In this document: positions 9,454-20,322 of the stretch, one piece after another | Position numbering within the stretch: the stretch's first letter is position 1 | Layout: each line of letters begins with the position of its first letter | Source of the DNA: a virus | DNA: 45,847 nucleotides | Reading direction: 5' to 3' (one strand) | Virus genome (UHGV): UHGV-0097969 | Made by a program: the position numbers and the translations under genes | The notes under the pieces: generated by a model | Database searches by the model: none | What the model was told of the DNA's origin: nothing | What the model saw: only the letters and a program-made list of their open reading frames with translations

Positions 9454-10917
9454 TTATTCAGAAAACAAGTTCAGCAGATAATCAGGATTATATTCCATGA
9501 CGAACTCAATATCTCTGGCAGGTGAGAATGGTGTCATTTTTACATGGAATTTAACAATCCCGTCCATTAATGACGTAATCGTGTTTTCAGACTGATCAAA
9601 GGTAACAACACCACCTGCAATATCCTGATTACCTGTGAGGCCGTTAAGCCAAATATTCGCACTTGTAACAATCGATTCAATTAATCGACGGTTTGCAGGA
9701 TTGTCTATTTTTGACCAATGCGAAAGAATTAACGTATTACCCACCCAGTTAAACATACGTCGGCAAACACGAAATGCGTCTTTGGGGTCTGTAGATGTTG
9801 GATAAATAGCATTACGGTTTCCCCATGATTTCCAACCATCAAAATTAAGGCTTGTTACAATCCCCTGTCCATTTAAGTAGTTTGCCTGGCTAATGTTAAG
9901 CCATACTTCACTGCCATCTTTACGTACAGCACCGTCCATCTGTAGTTTTATATTTGACGGAGAACGTGATGGAATATCACCATACTGACTATCCAGCAAG
10001 CATGTTGCGGCCGCTAAATGGGTTGAGTGATGGTAAATATTGTCACCAAGTTTCACCATCGGCCAGCACACTGTCTGGTTAGCGGCCATGTGATTATTGT
10101 TCTGTTTCCATTCAGGAACAGCCGAGTAATCACTGATAGTAGATTTATCGGTCGGCGCATCCGTTATAGCTTCTGCTTTGAACAATTCACTAATCAGCGC
10201 GGCTTTAGCCGCCATTAGCTGACCAACTTCACTATCAGAACTAAATCCAGGTGCAATCACTTGTCCAGGAACTAACTTGAAGCGGGGATACACATCTGAC
10301 AGTAACTCAAGCCCTGTATTGGCTTTAGTGTTGGAATCCACACCACCGATAATGTCATTTTTAGTTACGGCACCGGGATCAAGATGCGTATAACTAACCT
10401 TAAGAGTAGCGTCTTTTTCGGTAATTTTTCCTCCGCTAATAGCTGTAATGACCGTATAGCCATTATCATCCAGCGCCAGCACATAATCGGTATCAAGCGT
10501 TAACCCAGGCGAATCACCATCTGCTTTTTTCACAACAACAGATTTATATAAGACACCATCGTTAGAGAGCGTACCTTTCCCGCCAGAAAGTTTTACTAAC
10601 TCATCAGTAACGTCTTTCTTATGCTTTGCTGGATCAAGCACATTGATAAATACAACTGGCGCAACACCATATATTCCAAATGCGACTTTAATTACTTCGC
10701 TTAAAGTATATTTCTCGAAGTTTGTGCTATATCCTATTTTAGATACGGCCTCTGCGTATGTATAAGCAATGATAGGTTTATTTACCGCTGAGGCTGGATC
10801 TTCTAACTGATTAACAGGAGCCGTACCAAATGCGACAATCAACCCAGCACTAACTTGCACTGGAGGAGTTATAGATGTAGCCAGTTCAGATATATAAATA
10901 CCGTGGCGATATCCCAT
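9454..10917 (-). CDS. contractile tail sheath protein
   Basis: 487 aa; N-terminus MGYRHGIYISELATS... typical of Mu/P2-type sheaths. Confidence 0.8.
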   Translation of the reverse strand: MGYRHGIYISELATSITPPVQVSAGLIVAFGTAPVNQLEDPASAVNKPIIAYTYAEAVSKIGYSTNFEKYTLSEVIKVAFGIYGVAPVVFINVLDPAKHKKDVTDELVKLSGGKGTLSNDGVLYKSVVVKKADGDSPGLTLDTDYVLALDDNGYTVITAISGGKITEKDATLKVSYTHLDPGAVTKNDIIGGVDSNTKANTGLELLSDVYPRFKLVPGQVIAPGFSSDSEVGQLMAAKAALISELFKAEAITDAPTDKSTISDYSAVPEWKQNNNHMAANQTVCWPMVKLGDNIYHHSTHLAAATCLLDSQYGDIPSRSPSNIKLQMDGAVRKDGSEVWLNISQANYLNGQGIVTSLNFDGWKSWGNRNAIYPTSTDPKDAFRVCRRMFNWVGNTLILSHWSKIDNPANRRLIESIVTSANIWLNGLTGNQDIAGGVVTFDQSENTITSLMDGIVKFHVKMTPFSPARDIEFVMEYNPDYLLNLFSE

Positions 10918-11207
10918 TATTTAATCTCCATGATAGAAGAAGAAACTCTAGAGTACATTACATACTCGACACTGGTTTTATCAGAAAGTCTTTTCTCTGC
11001 ATCTGCAAAATCACTGGTTGCCACAAACAAACACTTTGCACCAGGAATATGTGATATTAATTTTTTACACTCTGGAGATAAGCCATTCTTAAATAGTTTA
11101 TGCTTCAAAATTGAGAGTTGAGGGATTGTTGGTCCTATATATACAAATGTTTGAGCAACATCTTCCTTCTTTTCTATATCTTCTTTACTACTTTTCTTAT
11201 TAGCCAT
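10917..11207 (-). CDS. hypothetical virion-module protein
   Basis: 96-aa ORF coupled to neighbours in the structural operon. Confidence 0.35.
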   Translation of the reverse strand: MANKKSSKEDIEKKEDVAQTFVYIGPTIPQLSILKHKLFKNGLSPECKKLISHIPGAKCLFVATSDFADAEKRLSDKTSVEYVMYSRVSSSIMEIK

Positions 11208-11693
11208 TTAGATAAACTCCTGAGACTGAATATTCTGAGGCTTTAATACTATCCACGTTCCAGTTGCTTCCGTTATCCAATATGGATACGGTTGATCATC
11301 AAACATTCGCCATCTGATATCGCCCTGAAAGAGAAATTTCTCTTCAAGTAAAGGCTTCTCCTGAAAATGAAACATCATCCTTTCAAGAAGAGCCATTACC
11401 CATTCATATCCAGTATGGTCCTCACAAAAACCACCTAGAAGAAACTTAACCTTAACTTCATCCGTTTCAGGCTGCATACCTCCTTCCGTGGGCCTGATAA
11501 TCACATGAGGAAATTCTGGCGGTTTATCTGGAGATGGTTGTGATTTAGGAGGCAAGTACCCTTTAAATATTGTTGGAACAAACAATTTAATATCGCTGTC
11601 TGTTTCATCATAAGGAGGTCCCTGCACTAATAAATCATGGAAAACCTCATGTTCCAACCGATTTTTTATTGCATCTATCAAAAGATTAATCAA
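11208..11693 (-). CDS. hypothetical protein (possible tail completion)
   Basis: 161 aa, position between head and tail genes. Confidence 0.35.
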   Translation of the reverse strand: MINLLIDAIKNRLEHEVFHDLLVQGPPYDETDSDIKLFVPTIFKGYLPPKSQPSPDKPPEFPHVIIRPTEGGMQPETDEVKVKFLLGGFCEDHTGYEWVMALLERMMFHFQEKPLLEEKFLFQGDIRWRMFDDQPYPYWITEATGTWIVLKPQNIQSQEFI

Positions 11694-12034
11694 ATCGGCA
11701 TTCCTCTGTTAGTATTAACAGTGAGAGTTATTTCCAATACACCAACATTATCTGATACTTCATCAACAATATAATTTTTACCGTTGATTTTCATTGACTG
11801 GTCTTTGACAGGGAGAACAGGAAAATCTTTTCTTGAAACAAATAATATTATTTGCCCCTGATTTATTCCCTCTGCAAACTCAGCATATGAGCGTTTATTC
11901 CGCTCATGAATAAGGTCTGTATCAATAACGGCAAGGATATCCTTGCCGTCTATGTTATATGTATCGGCAAACTCTTTTTCATTGAGGAATATTGCAGAAA
12001 TATCTTGCGCTATAACCTCTTTGAAGGAGTTCAT
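11690..12034 (-). CDS. hypothetical protein (possible head-tail connector)
   Basis: 114 aa, 4-nt overlap with neighbours. Confidence 0.35.
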   Translation of the reverse strand: MNSFKEVIAQDISAIFLNEKEFADTYNIDGKDILAVIDTDLIHERNKRSYAEFAEGINQGQIILFVSRKDFPVLPVKDQSMKINGKNYIVDEVSDNVGVLEITLTVNTNRGMPI

Positions 12035-12426
12035 TACTTCTTATTACCTTTCTTTTGCGTTGATTTTTTCGTATTACTGGTATCAGAAGTAGCTACAGAT
12101 TCAGATGAATCATCAGCAACCGTTTCCTCATTGCCGCCATCATCCTCAAACTCAACCTCGAATACACAGCTACCCGCCTCCGTTCGCGTAATCAACCCCG
12201 CGTCCACAGCATCATTAACAGCAGATGCGTATCCATGCTCAAAAGCTAACTTAGCAGCATCATAGCCCCCAGCCGATGCCAAATCACCATCCTCTTCGGT
12301 GGCAATAGCATGTCCTGACGCAATCAGTTCGGCAATTCTGGAGTTATCCATTAGCCCATTAAGCAAACGGCCCGCTTTTAGCGAGCCGTGGCTTATCGTA
12401 TCAATGTTTTTAATCAGTCTGGCCAT
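12034..12426 (-). CDS. hypothetical head-module protein with acidic C-terminus
   Basis: 130 aa immediately downstream of the major capsid gene. Confidence 0.35.
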   Translation of the reverse strand: MARLIKNIDTISHGSLKAGRLLNGLMDNSRIAELIASGHAIATEEDGDLASAGGYDAAKLAFEHGYASAVNDAVDAGLITRTEAGSCVFEVEFEDDGGNEETVADDSSESVATSDTSNTKKSTQKKGNKK

Positions 12427-13470
12427 TTAAACCACCTTAGCCACCAGATAGGCATCAGCCACACCAGGATTAGGCAGTGGAGATGACTTCATGGCAACAT
12501 AACGGCCAGCCGGCTTACGAGTTACCCAGGTGTCTGGAACTCGTGGTGACTCAACAATCGTTAGAGTCTTTTCGGCGTCATCTACAAGCTCTACAGCACC
12601 ATACAGCATCGTTCCTCGACCAGGAGAGCCAAAGAGGATCTTATCTTCCGGTACTAATGGTTCTGGTTTTCCTGTTTTATCATTGCGAATAAGTTCGTCG
12701 TAACCATAAAAATCGACACCTTCAAGATTGCCATAATGAGTTACGCCTTCTTCTAACTCCTTAGGCTCAATATACCCAAGCTCTTTTCGGCGATTATCAA
12801 GATATTTAGTTACTGCTTCATTTTTAACGAAAGCATCAACAACTTTTGCGCCCATTACGGCAACACGAGGTGTAAAACCTGAAGTTAGTGATACCCGACG
12901 TTTCCAGTTGCGAACATTGACCAACGGATCTGATTTTGCTGCACTCCATAAATCATCACCTGTCAGTTCAAGATATGGTTTATCTCCTTCCTCTTCAGGC
13001 CAAAAATAAACTGTGTCATCCACACCTTCACCAACAATATCAACCTGCCCCGTAAACAAGACTTGTGCACACATCCATTCTTCACGGCGATTAACCATTT
13101 CATCAAGCTCAAGCAAATCTTTACCTAATTGCTCGGCAGCTCGTTCTGCTGGCGATTTTGCGTTGTAAATATTCTCACCCGGAAGCCTGTTTAAAAGCAG
13201 CTCTGCTGTTGTTACCAAATCAGGTGCAACAAGTGGTGGCTCCAGAGTTCTCGTTACAAAGCCGCGTCGCTCAACGGTTTTTGAGCCAAAACCTTTACCA
13301 ACAAACGGAGCCATAGTACGGCCACCGCGAACAAAATCCAGATCAACTTTCTTTGTATTAAAGGTCTGAACACCAGGAAAAAAGGTACGAAGAAGAAAAC
13401 GACGAGCCTTGAAATTCTGAATAACAGGCTCAAGCATTGTACGTCGTTCAAAAATATCAATATTCGGCAT
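12427..13470 (-). CDS. major capsid protein, lambda gpE family
   Basis: 347 aa; N-terminus MPNIDIFERRTMLEPVIQNF... and size match E-type capsids. Confidence 0.85.
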   Translation of the reverse strand: MPNIDIFERRTMLEPVIQNFKARRFLLRTFFPGVQTFNTKKVDLDFVRGGRTMAPFVGKGFGSKTVERRGFVTRTLEPPLVAPDLVTTAELLLNRLPGENIYNAKSPAERAAEQLGKDLLELDEMVNRREEWMCAQVLFTGQVDIVGEGVDDTVYFWPEEEGDKPYLELTGDDLWSAAKSDPLVNVRNWKRRVSLTSGFTPRVAVMGAKVVDAFVKNEAVTKYLDNRRKELGYIEPKELEEGVTHYGNLEGVDFYGYDELIRNDKTGKPEPLVPEDKILFGSPGRGTMLYGAVELVDDAEKTLTIVESPRVPDTWVTRKPAGRYVAMKSSPLPNPGVADAYLVAKVV

Positions 13471-13490
13471 AAAAATACGACCTCTTTATA

Positions 13491-13874
13491 TTATGCAGAT
13501 GGATTTTGTTGTGCGGTGTTAAGGAATATCCCAACCTTCCGGCAAGCCAGATATACATCGGCAATCTTTGCTGATTCAGGAAGGATAACCGCATGTGCAT
13601 TGAACATTCCGGTCAGCCATGCTGTTCCAACTTGCGCTGAATCAGTCGCATCAATACTGTGTTGAGCGATACAATACGGTTCTTTTGCCACCCCCTCACC
13701 AGAGAGATTTATTGGTGCTACAGTGACAACATTTGTTGTCTGATCAATACTGACAAAAGCAAGCAACTCACCTCGATTTACTTTACCGCTGGCAAGTTTA
13801 ATACTTGTTGTAATTGCTGGCATACCACCAGAAATAATCAGATTATCTGGTTCAAATGAAAAAGACTCTCGCAT
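13491..13874 (-). CDS. head decoration protein (gpD-position)
   Basis: 127 aa between protease and capsid genes. Confidence 0.5.
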   Translation of the reverse strand: MRESFSFEPDNLIISGGMPAITTSIKLASGKVNRGELLAFVSIDQTTNVVTVAPINLSGEGVAKEPYCIAQHSIDATDSAQVGTAWLTGMFNAHAVILPESAKIADVYLACRKVGIFLNTAQQNPSA

Positions 13875-13883
13875 AAACTCACC

Positions 13884-14972
13884 TTAATTTTTATCGCGGT
13901 TTTTAAATACTGACCCAATAACATTTTTTACTACTTCAGCTTGTTTATCGCCGTTGTTTTCTGGTTGATTAACATCAACTGAATCATTCACCTCATTTGC
14001 GTCTTCTTGCCGTTGATTAAGAAAGTTTTTGTTACGCGCTCGCTCTGCATTCATAATTTCCAAAGCAAGTTCAGCCGCAGAAACTCCCGTTTTGAATTTT
14101 GCATTCTTAACCAGGTCGTCATGACCTGGAATCACGCTATTCTCGATTGTTTCAATGCGCTCACGTTCTGATTTAACGCCCTCGTCTTTACCAGCATTAA
14201 AAACCTGATTGTATAATTCTGGATATTTATTTTTTAATTCATCAAGAGTCACAACATCGTCCTCGGTTTGTTCATTTAATTCAGTAGATAATTCATTTTT
14301 ATTTTGTGGCAACTTTGCGAGCGAATCAGGTAATTTTGAAAACCTTGATGCTTCAAAAGTTATTCCATTGAGCGAAAGCATCCCTTCCTTTATAGAAGCG
14401 GATAAACGCATTGGTTTTTCAACTTCGTCAGCAAACCCAAGCTCAACAGCTTCTTCTGCATTTAGCCAAGTTTCCTGATCCATTAGTTCAATTAACTTAT
14501 CTTCAGAAAGTCCTGTCTTCTCCTTATATGCAGATAAAATACTATTTCGTATCTTATCCATCATCTCAGCAATATCACGCAATTCATCCGCATCCCCCAT
14601 TGCCCATGTCCACGGATTATGTATCATCATCATAGCATTAGATGGGATAACAACTTTATCACCTGCCATTGCAATAATGGTTGCAGCCGATGCAGCAATA
14701 CCATCAATATAAACTGTAATATTAGCCTTATGACGTTTTAATGAAGAAAGAATAGCTTGAGCTGTAAAAACAGAACCACCATAACTATTAATTTTTACGT
14801 TGATAGCATTTGATGAAATATCCTTTAACTTATTAACTATGTCAGAAGAAGAAACCTCATCAAATTCACCAATATACCCGTATATTAAAAGCTCAGCCGG
14901 AGTGTCATCTTCACCCGTGCTATTTTTTATTTCCCACCAATTAGGCATCATCAGTCTCCATATTTTGTTCAT
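13884..14972 (-). CDS. prohead protease, ClpP-like (with scaffold-like C-terminus)
   Basis: ClpP-type core ...YGGSVFTAQAI...GIAASAATIIAMAGDKVV...MMMIHNPW; downstream of portal. Confidence 0.8.
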   Translation of the reverse strand: MNKIWRLMMPNWWEIKNSTGEDDTPAELLIYGYIGEFDEVSSSDIVNKLKDISSNAINVKINSYGGSVFTAQAILSSLKRHKANITVYIDGIAASAATIIAMAGDKVVIPSNAMMMIHNPWTWAMGDADELRDIAEMMDKIRNSILSAYKEKTGLSEDKLIELMDQETWLNAEEAVELGFADEVEKPMRLSASIKEGMLSLNGITFEASRFSKLPDSLAKLPQNKNELSTELNEQTEDDVVTLDELKNKYPELYNQVFNAGKDEGVKSERERIETIENSVIPGHDDLVKNAKFKTGVSAAELALEIMNAERARNKNFLNQRQEDANEVNDSVDVNQPENNGDKQAEVVKNVIGSVFKNRDKN

Positions 14973-16515
14973 TTACCTCAGAAACAGGAGGATTAATAAG
15001 CCCCAACTCACGGCGAGCATTCTCTTCTCTGCCACAAATTTGTGCGGTTTCTTCCCAGTTAAGACCTGACATTTCAGCCGCTTCCTTTTCACGGGTAGAG
15101 AATGTTTCCTCAACACGCAGTTTTGCAGCTTTGACTTCTTTAAGGGGATCTAATTGGCCTTGTGATGGGCCATACCATTGAGCGCCACTCCATGCAGCGC
15201 GATATTCAGGCCCATAAAAAAAACCAGGGGCAATAACACGACCTTTAGCCACGGCTTCGGCCAACCATTCCTCATAGATCGGTTGGCAAAATGACTGAAC
15301 CATCCAGTCACGTCGCATACGGAACATTTTCCAGGCTTCAAGTAATGCGGCCCTGCTTGCGCTATAACTTGCTGTAAAATGCTTTACCAAGAGTTCGTAA
15401 GGGAGTTCTAAAGCAGCCCCAATTTGACGGCATATGGCGACAACAAAACCATCAAATGCCGTATTTGGTCGCCCGGGATTTGCTGTATCTATCGACTCAC
15501 CTTCACCCAAACTTACTATGGAGCCATTCCCCATTTCTTGGGTGTTATCATCATGGTTATCGATCTGCTCGTACTGAGGGATACCCGATTCACCGACTGG
15601 TCCATCAGGAGCCTCTGTTTTAATAAAGACAGTAAACATCCCTGACACAACCGCAGCAACCAATTCAGCATCGGTGTATCGTCCTAACTGCTTCAATGCT
15701 TCAATTACAGGAGCAAGGACAGGAACGCCACGGCGTTGCCCAGGCCTTTCAAAATCCTGCATGACATGCAGAATATTTCTTCTTCCTGTTTTACTCCCAT
15801 ATGCGGGAATACGTTCCCACTTGCGGGTTACAAAACCAGAAGTCCCGGCTGGGTGATGTTTTGCAACCCAGTACGCTACAGGCTCGCTAAATTCACCAAC
15901 CTCTACGCCACCGTAAAGATTTGGTATAAAACGATCCTCTGGATTGCAAACACGATCACCTTCAATTAAATAGACGCACAAATCATATATAACACCCTTA
16001 CGCTTAATAACTGGTAGCGCAGCAAATATATCGCCAGATGTTAACGCAGATATTTGGACCAATGATTGCAATTGTCCAAAAGTACACATTCTTGATGCAT
16101 CACAATTTGGAGAATCAGCCCATAATCTAAACTCACGCTCAACATGCTTTTCCCATGCTCGCGCTTCTTCCTGAGTCATCCCCAAGAAATCGGCATCAAT
16201 GTTCGCATTTAGTTTTAAACCGGAACCAACAACGTTTGTCCTGATAGTTTTTATTGCGCCAACCGATAGCGGGTTTCCCATGAAGAGATCACGAGAACGC
16301 TCACGCAATTTATCTATATTTTTAACAATATCATCATCAGGAGAACCAGCTTTACTAAACCAACCCCTTAATGATTTTTTATGAGTGCTTGCACCATGAC
16401 GTGAATATCCAAGGTTATTAATACCTTCAAGTGCCTCTAACCGTTTTCTTGCCAAAGCTCGATTTAATGCCCTCTGAGGTGAAAACGGCGCAATAACTCG
16501 ATCAAGAATATTCAT
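14941..16515 (-). CDS. portal protein, lambda gpB family
   Basis: 524 aa, ATG at 16515, between gpW-like and protease genes. Confidence 0.8.
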   Translation of the reverse strand: MNILDRVIAPFSPQRALNRALARKRLEALEGINNLGYSRHGASTHKKSLRGWFSKAGSPDDDIVKNIDKLRERSRDLFMGNPLSVGAIKTIRTNVVGSGLKLNANIDADFLGMTQEEARAWEKHVEREFRLWADSPNCDASRMCTFGQLQSLVQISALTSGDIFAALPVIKRKGVIYDLCVYLIEGDRVCNPEDRFIPNLYGGVEVGEFSEPVAYWVAKHHPAGTSGFVTRKWERIPAYGSKTGRRNILHVMQDFERPGQRRGVPVLAPVIEALKQLGRYTDAELVAAVVSGMFTVFIKTEAPDGPVGESGIPQYEQIDNHDDNTQEMGNGSIVSLGEGESIDTANPGRPNTAFDGFVVAICRQIGAALELPYELLVKHFTASYSASRAALLEAWKMFRMRRDWMVQSFCQPIYEEWLAEAVAKGRVIAPGFFYGPEYRAAWSGAQWYGPSQGQLDPLKEVKAAKLRVEETFSTREKEAAEMSGLNWEETAQICGREENARRELGLINPPVSEVNEQNMETDDA

Positions 16516-16751
16516 AAATCTCTTATCACCACTCGTTTAATTCGTGGGCCTCGGCGTATACCTGCTGATAATCTTTCTACTTCATTACGCCAGTAATCCA
16601 TCTCTTTTCTGACTTCTGATAAATCCGCACGAGTTAACTGCCGCGTACCAAATTTATATGACTGACCGCCAATAGCAATAGCGCGATATGCTTCCCGCCA
16701 GACAGATAACATCTCTCTGGCTTCAGTCAGAGAAAATGCTTCATTGTTCAT
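16512..16751 (-). CDS. head-tail joining protein, gpW family
   Basis: 79 aa ending ...RRGPRIKRVV, resembles lambda W; between terminase and portal. Confidence 0.55.
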   Translation of the reverse strand: MNNEAFSLTEAREMLSVWREAYRAIAIGGQSYKFGTRQLTRADLSEVRKEMDYWRNEVERLSAGIRRGPRIKRVVIRDL

Positions 16752-16762
16752 TTATATTTCCT

Positions 16763-18619
16763 CTATATGGTTACGCCTTTACTTATAACTCTACGGCGTC
16801 TTCTACGTATACCTGACGAGTTCTGCACATACACATTACCTCGCATTTCCTGTTCGGCAAGCCAGTTAAAATTAGGGTTCAGAATTTCCATCGCGGCAGT
16901 TGCATAGTTACGGCAATCAAGAGGCTCGTTACGCTCGTAGACTTTCACCCACTTTTCTTTTGTCTGCCCATTTTTATATTCAAATATTTTTTTCTCTGAT
17001 AATAATCCTTTAAAGTATTCGGTATCATATCCTCTGTCAGAATCTAATGGGAAATGCATATAACCAGGACCAGGATCATGTAGTTTAATTCTTGCCATGA
17101 TGGTCCCTTTACCATCATCAACCCCCAAATTAAACAACATAGCCCCCACACGGTTATTATTACTTGGCTTTCCTATAAATGGTAAACCTACCCCACCACG
17201 CCCCTTGATAGAGTATATTCGCCTTGATTCTCTCGGCTTAGTAAAGCGATATACCTCTGTCGTAAAATGCCCACCAGAGTCAATACAAACGGAAGAAATC
17301 TGTAATTTTCGACCGTCACGGAATGACCAGCTACGGAGTAAGTATTCATCAAGTTGTTTCCAGACAACATCTTGTGCGGGATCACCTGGGAATATTTTAT
17401 ATTCTATCCCCCATGACTCCTTACCTTTTCCCCAACCGACCAATTCACAAACTAAATACGTGTCCTGTACGTCAACACCAGCACTTAACAATAAAACATC
17501 ATCTGGTAAAAACTCTTCAAACCTTATTCTGCGTTGCAACAAGTATTCAGGATCGATATCGTCTTTAGCATCCTCTTTCCATGGCTCACCCAGCTTAAGG
17601 TTAATAAACTCCATTAATCCATTTTTATCGCGGTTTCTGGTTGCTTCCGTAAATTCTTCAACCAGCTCTGACAATGCAACCCACGGGGAGTAAAGACTGT
17701 TAATATGAAAACCAACAATACCTTTAACTCCAGTATGTTCAGCTATCCATACCCCCTTCGCCAACCAATCAACGTCTGGTTTACCAGATCCGCGCATAAT
17801 CCCGCCGCACTCACAGCACTCATATCTGGCCGTTTCCGGTAACGCCTCACCTGAATCGCTCTTATCCCATCTGACTTGCGACCATTTCATCACCTGCATG
17901 GTGCCACAACATGGGCAAGGAACATGGTAGTAACGCTGATCGGAGAGCTTAAACCACTTGTGGATTTTGCTCGTTTCCTCCAAAACAGGAGTAGAAACAA
18001 AAACTTTCTTACGATTATGAAAGTTGGTAGTACGCTGAATACCTAGTTTTAGTGGGTCGCCCTCCTGCGTCACACCGTAACGATCAATCTCATCAGCTAA
18101 CAGTATTCGAATTGGCCTGGATGCAAGACCTGCTGGGGAATTAGCACCAACAAGTGCTATATATCCACCAGCGTAATGCTTCATACGTATAGTCGTGCTG
18201 GACTTTTTGGCTGCACCGCGCCCCTCTTTCCCTTCATGCAGCTTGTGTTTCAAACCAGGGGAATATTTGAACGTCGGATCAATACGCTCTTTTGAAAAAG
18301 CCTCAGCCGCCTCTACCGTTGGATAAATCATCAACTGAGGAGATGGCTCCTGATCTGCAAAGTAACCCATAACATTTAGCTGTAATTCGGATTTACCAAT
18401 TTGCGAGCTACATTGCATCACTACTGTTTCTGTATCAGCGTCACCAATAACATCCATTGGTTCACGCAAATATGGCACTCGGCTTGTACGCCACGGCCCT
18501 GGCTCTGGAGACGTTCCCGGCGCTACATGACGATACTTATCAGCCCATTCGGAAACAGTTAGCCGTGATTTAGGGCGAAGCGCACGGAAAAAAGCGGTGC
18601 TCCATACTGTTTCGCCCAT
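16763..18619 (-). CDS. terminase large subunit, GpA family
   Basis: 618 aa; WADKYRHV... N-terminus, ATPase region, Cys cluster HVPCPCCG...YECCECG as in lambda gpA. Confidence 0.9.
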   Translation of the reverse strand: MGETVWSTAFFRALRPKSRLTVSEWADKYRHVAPGTSPEPGPWRTSRVPYLREPMDVIGDADTETVVMQCSSQIGKSELQLNVMGYFADQEPSPQLMIYPTVEAAEAFSKERIDPTFKYSPGLKHKLHEGKEGRGAAKKSSTTIRMKHYAGGYIALVGANSPAGLASRPIRILLADEIDRYGVTQEGDPLKLGIQRTTNFHNRKKVFVSTPVLEETSKIHKWFKLSDQRYYHVPCPCCGTMQVMKWSQVRWDKSDSGEALPETARYECCECGGIMRGSGKPDVDWLAKGVWIAEHTGVKGIVGFHINSLYSPWVALSELVEEFTEATRNRDKNGLMEFINLKLGEPWKEDAKDDIDPEYLLQRRIRFEEFLPDDVLLLSAGVDVQDTYLVCELVGWGKGKESWGIEYKIFPGDPAQDVVWKQLDEYLLRSWSFRDGRKLQISSVCIDSGGHFTTEVYRFTKPRESRRIYSIKGRGGVGLPFIGKPSNNNRVGAMLFNLGVDDGKGTIMARIKLHDPGPGYMHFPLDSDRGYDTEYFKGLLSEKKIFEYKNGQTKEKWVKVYERNEPLDCRNYATAAMEILNPNFNWLAEQEMRGNVYVQNSSGIRRRRRRVISKGVTI

Positions 18620-18624
18620 GAGGT

Positions 18625-19185
18625 TTATTCTTCCTGCTTAATAAATCGGGATTCCTGGAGCGCCTGAAGCGCAAAATTAATCTCGTCTTCAATAATGCGT
18701 TCGATCTCCCTGGCTGTTTTGCCTTCACAACGGGGAGCTGCTCTTGGAGCAATACTAAATAAGCGGCTACGCAATTCATTAGCTGCCAGAAATGCATCAT
18801 CCCTGACCGCATCTTTAGCGATGAGAGAGCCTTCCTTTTCTTCAAATTCAAGGCGTTTCAGCTTTGCCTGATAAATTTTTTCTGCAGTCTTAGCCTTGTT
18901 GAATTGCACCGCAACACCGGAAGTACCACCAGCTAATCCGGCATCATCAGCGGGTAACTCTGGTTGTTCCGAAGATATCCCATGCCCTCTTTTTCCGTTT
19001 TCAGCAGATACCTCACGACCAACCTGTCGGCTCGCTTCATAAGCCGCACTAGCTTTATCAAAATCCAGCTTGCCGCTTTTCAGCACTGGAATGCGACCGG
19101 AACGACAGAGCTTCGTAACCATTGCCGGAGAAATACCTTTCCGGCGGGCAAACTCTGACTTACTGACGATGGCCATTACTTGCAA
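18625..19185 (-). CDS. terminase small subunit (Nu1-like, N-terminal HTH)
   Basis: Track start is TTG; likely ATG at 19176 overlapping the upstream stop (TAATG); HTH-like N-terminus; immediately upstream of large terminase. Confidence 0.55.
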   Translation of the reverse strand: MQVMAIVSKSEFARRKGISPAMVTKLCRSGRIPVLKSGKLDFDKASAAYEASRQVGREVSAENGKRGHGISSEQPELPADDAGLAGGTSGVAVQFNKAKTAEKIYQAKLKRLEFEEKEGSLIAKDAVRDDAFLAANELRSRLFSIAPRAAPRCEGKTAREIERIIEDEINFALQALQESRFIKQEE

Positions 19186-19766
19186 CCATTAGCAAGATAC
19201 TGAACAAATCCCTCATGCGTTTCATGCGCGTCGTGGTACTGACGATAAACATCCAGCAACAATGCAATTTCCATATCCGTCGCGGGAATACGTTCTTTAT
19301 CAATAGCCAGGTACTTAATTTGAACAACAGGGGAAGAATTATCGTCTTCTTCCTGCGGCTGTTCATCGCTTAACATTTCGTCAAGCTCTGCATCATTAAA
19401 CCCAAGCAGATCAATATCAAAATCATCATCCATTAACTCTTTGACTTCTTCGGCCAGAAGCTGCATATCCCAGCCAGCATTTAAGGCAAGCTTGTTATCT
19501 GCAATCCTGTAAGCCTTCTTCTGTTTTTCAGAAAGGTTACTCAACCGAATCGCCGGAACTTTATCCATTTCCAGAATTTCGGCTGCTGCAAGCCGCCCAT
19601 GCCCCGCAATCAGTTCATTCTTTTCATCGATCAGCACAGGATTAGTGAAACCGAACTCACGGATACTGTTCACCAACTGTTCAACCTGCTCATCTGAATG
19701 AGTCCGTGAATTTTTGGCGTATCTGAGCAGCTTACCGACTGGTAAATATTCGATTTTTAGAGCCAT
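19176..19766 (-). CDS. ParB-like nuclease domain protein
   Basis: 196 aa; ParB N-terminal motif ...LIAGHGRLAAA...; coupled to small terminase. Confidence 0.65.
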   Translation of the reverse strand: MALKIEYLPVGKLLRYAKNSRTHSDEQVEQLVNSIREFGFTNPVLIDEKNELIAGHGRLAAAEILEMDKVPAIRLSNLSEKQKKAYRIADNKLALNAGWDMQLLAEEVKELMDDDFDIDLLGFNDAELDEMLSDEQPQEEDDNSSPVVQIKYLAIDKERIPATDMEIALLLDVYRQYHDAHETHEGFVQYLANGCK

Positions 19767-20322
19767 TTTTTAACCGCCATAACACAACAGGTTAAAGAAA
19801 ACTGTTTAACTTATTGATACTAAAAGAGAAAAATGACGATCTTTTTACTCATAAAAAATCACACAAACCAGCATAATCATCTGATTTTATTAAGTTTTTA
19901 TAAGTAAAAAGGATCTTGAGATGGTGTTTTGGTTAAAAGATTGGATGTATTTGCATGATTTATAACGATTTTTATCAGAACAACATCACATTGGTTAAAG
20001 ATCTGCGCGTATCTTGATGATCTAAAAGAAATTTTCTACTTTCTTTTTACCAGCACAAATACAGCAAAAAATCACATTTTCCCGATATTTTTCAATGAGA
20101 TGAGTAAATTTCTTTTACCGCAACTTTTAACCTAACTTTTTTCACGTTTAGCTAGCCGAACATCGGGGTTCGAATGACCCGCATCCAACGCTTTTGGCCA
20201 GAAGGACCCAATTCTGCCGGACGATGAAACGATGCTCGTGCTCCCCCACGGACAGCCAGCGAGCGACGCTACAGAACACAGTGAATACACCCTGCATAAC
20301 AACACCATCAACCACACGATGA

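Noticed and set aside
17097-17693. 198-aa plus-strand ORF, and similar antisense ORFs elsewhere (e.g. 1450-1782, 5916-6170, 7056-7307, 14209-14478, 29075-29538)
   Set aside because: They lie antisense to well-supported genes, have low-complexity composition and no start context; treated as shadow ORFs.
20160-20185. tRNA-like T-arm fragment (GGGGTTCGAATGACCC)
   Set aside because: No matching acceptor stem, D arm or anticodon arm could be built; at most a tRNA 3' remnant.
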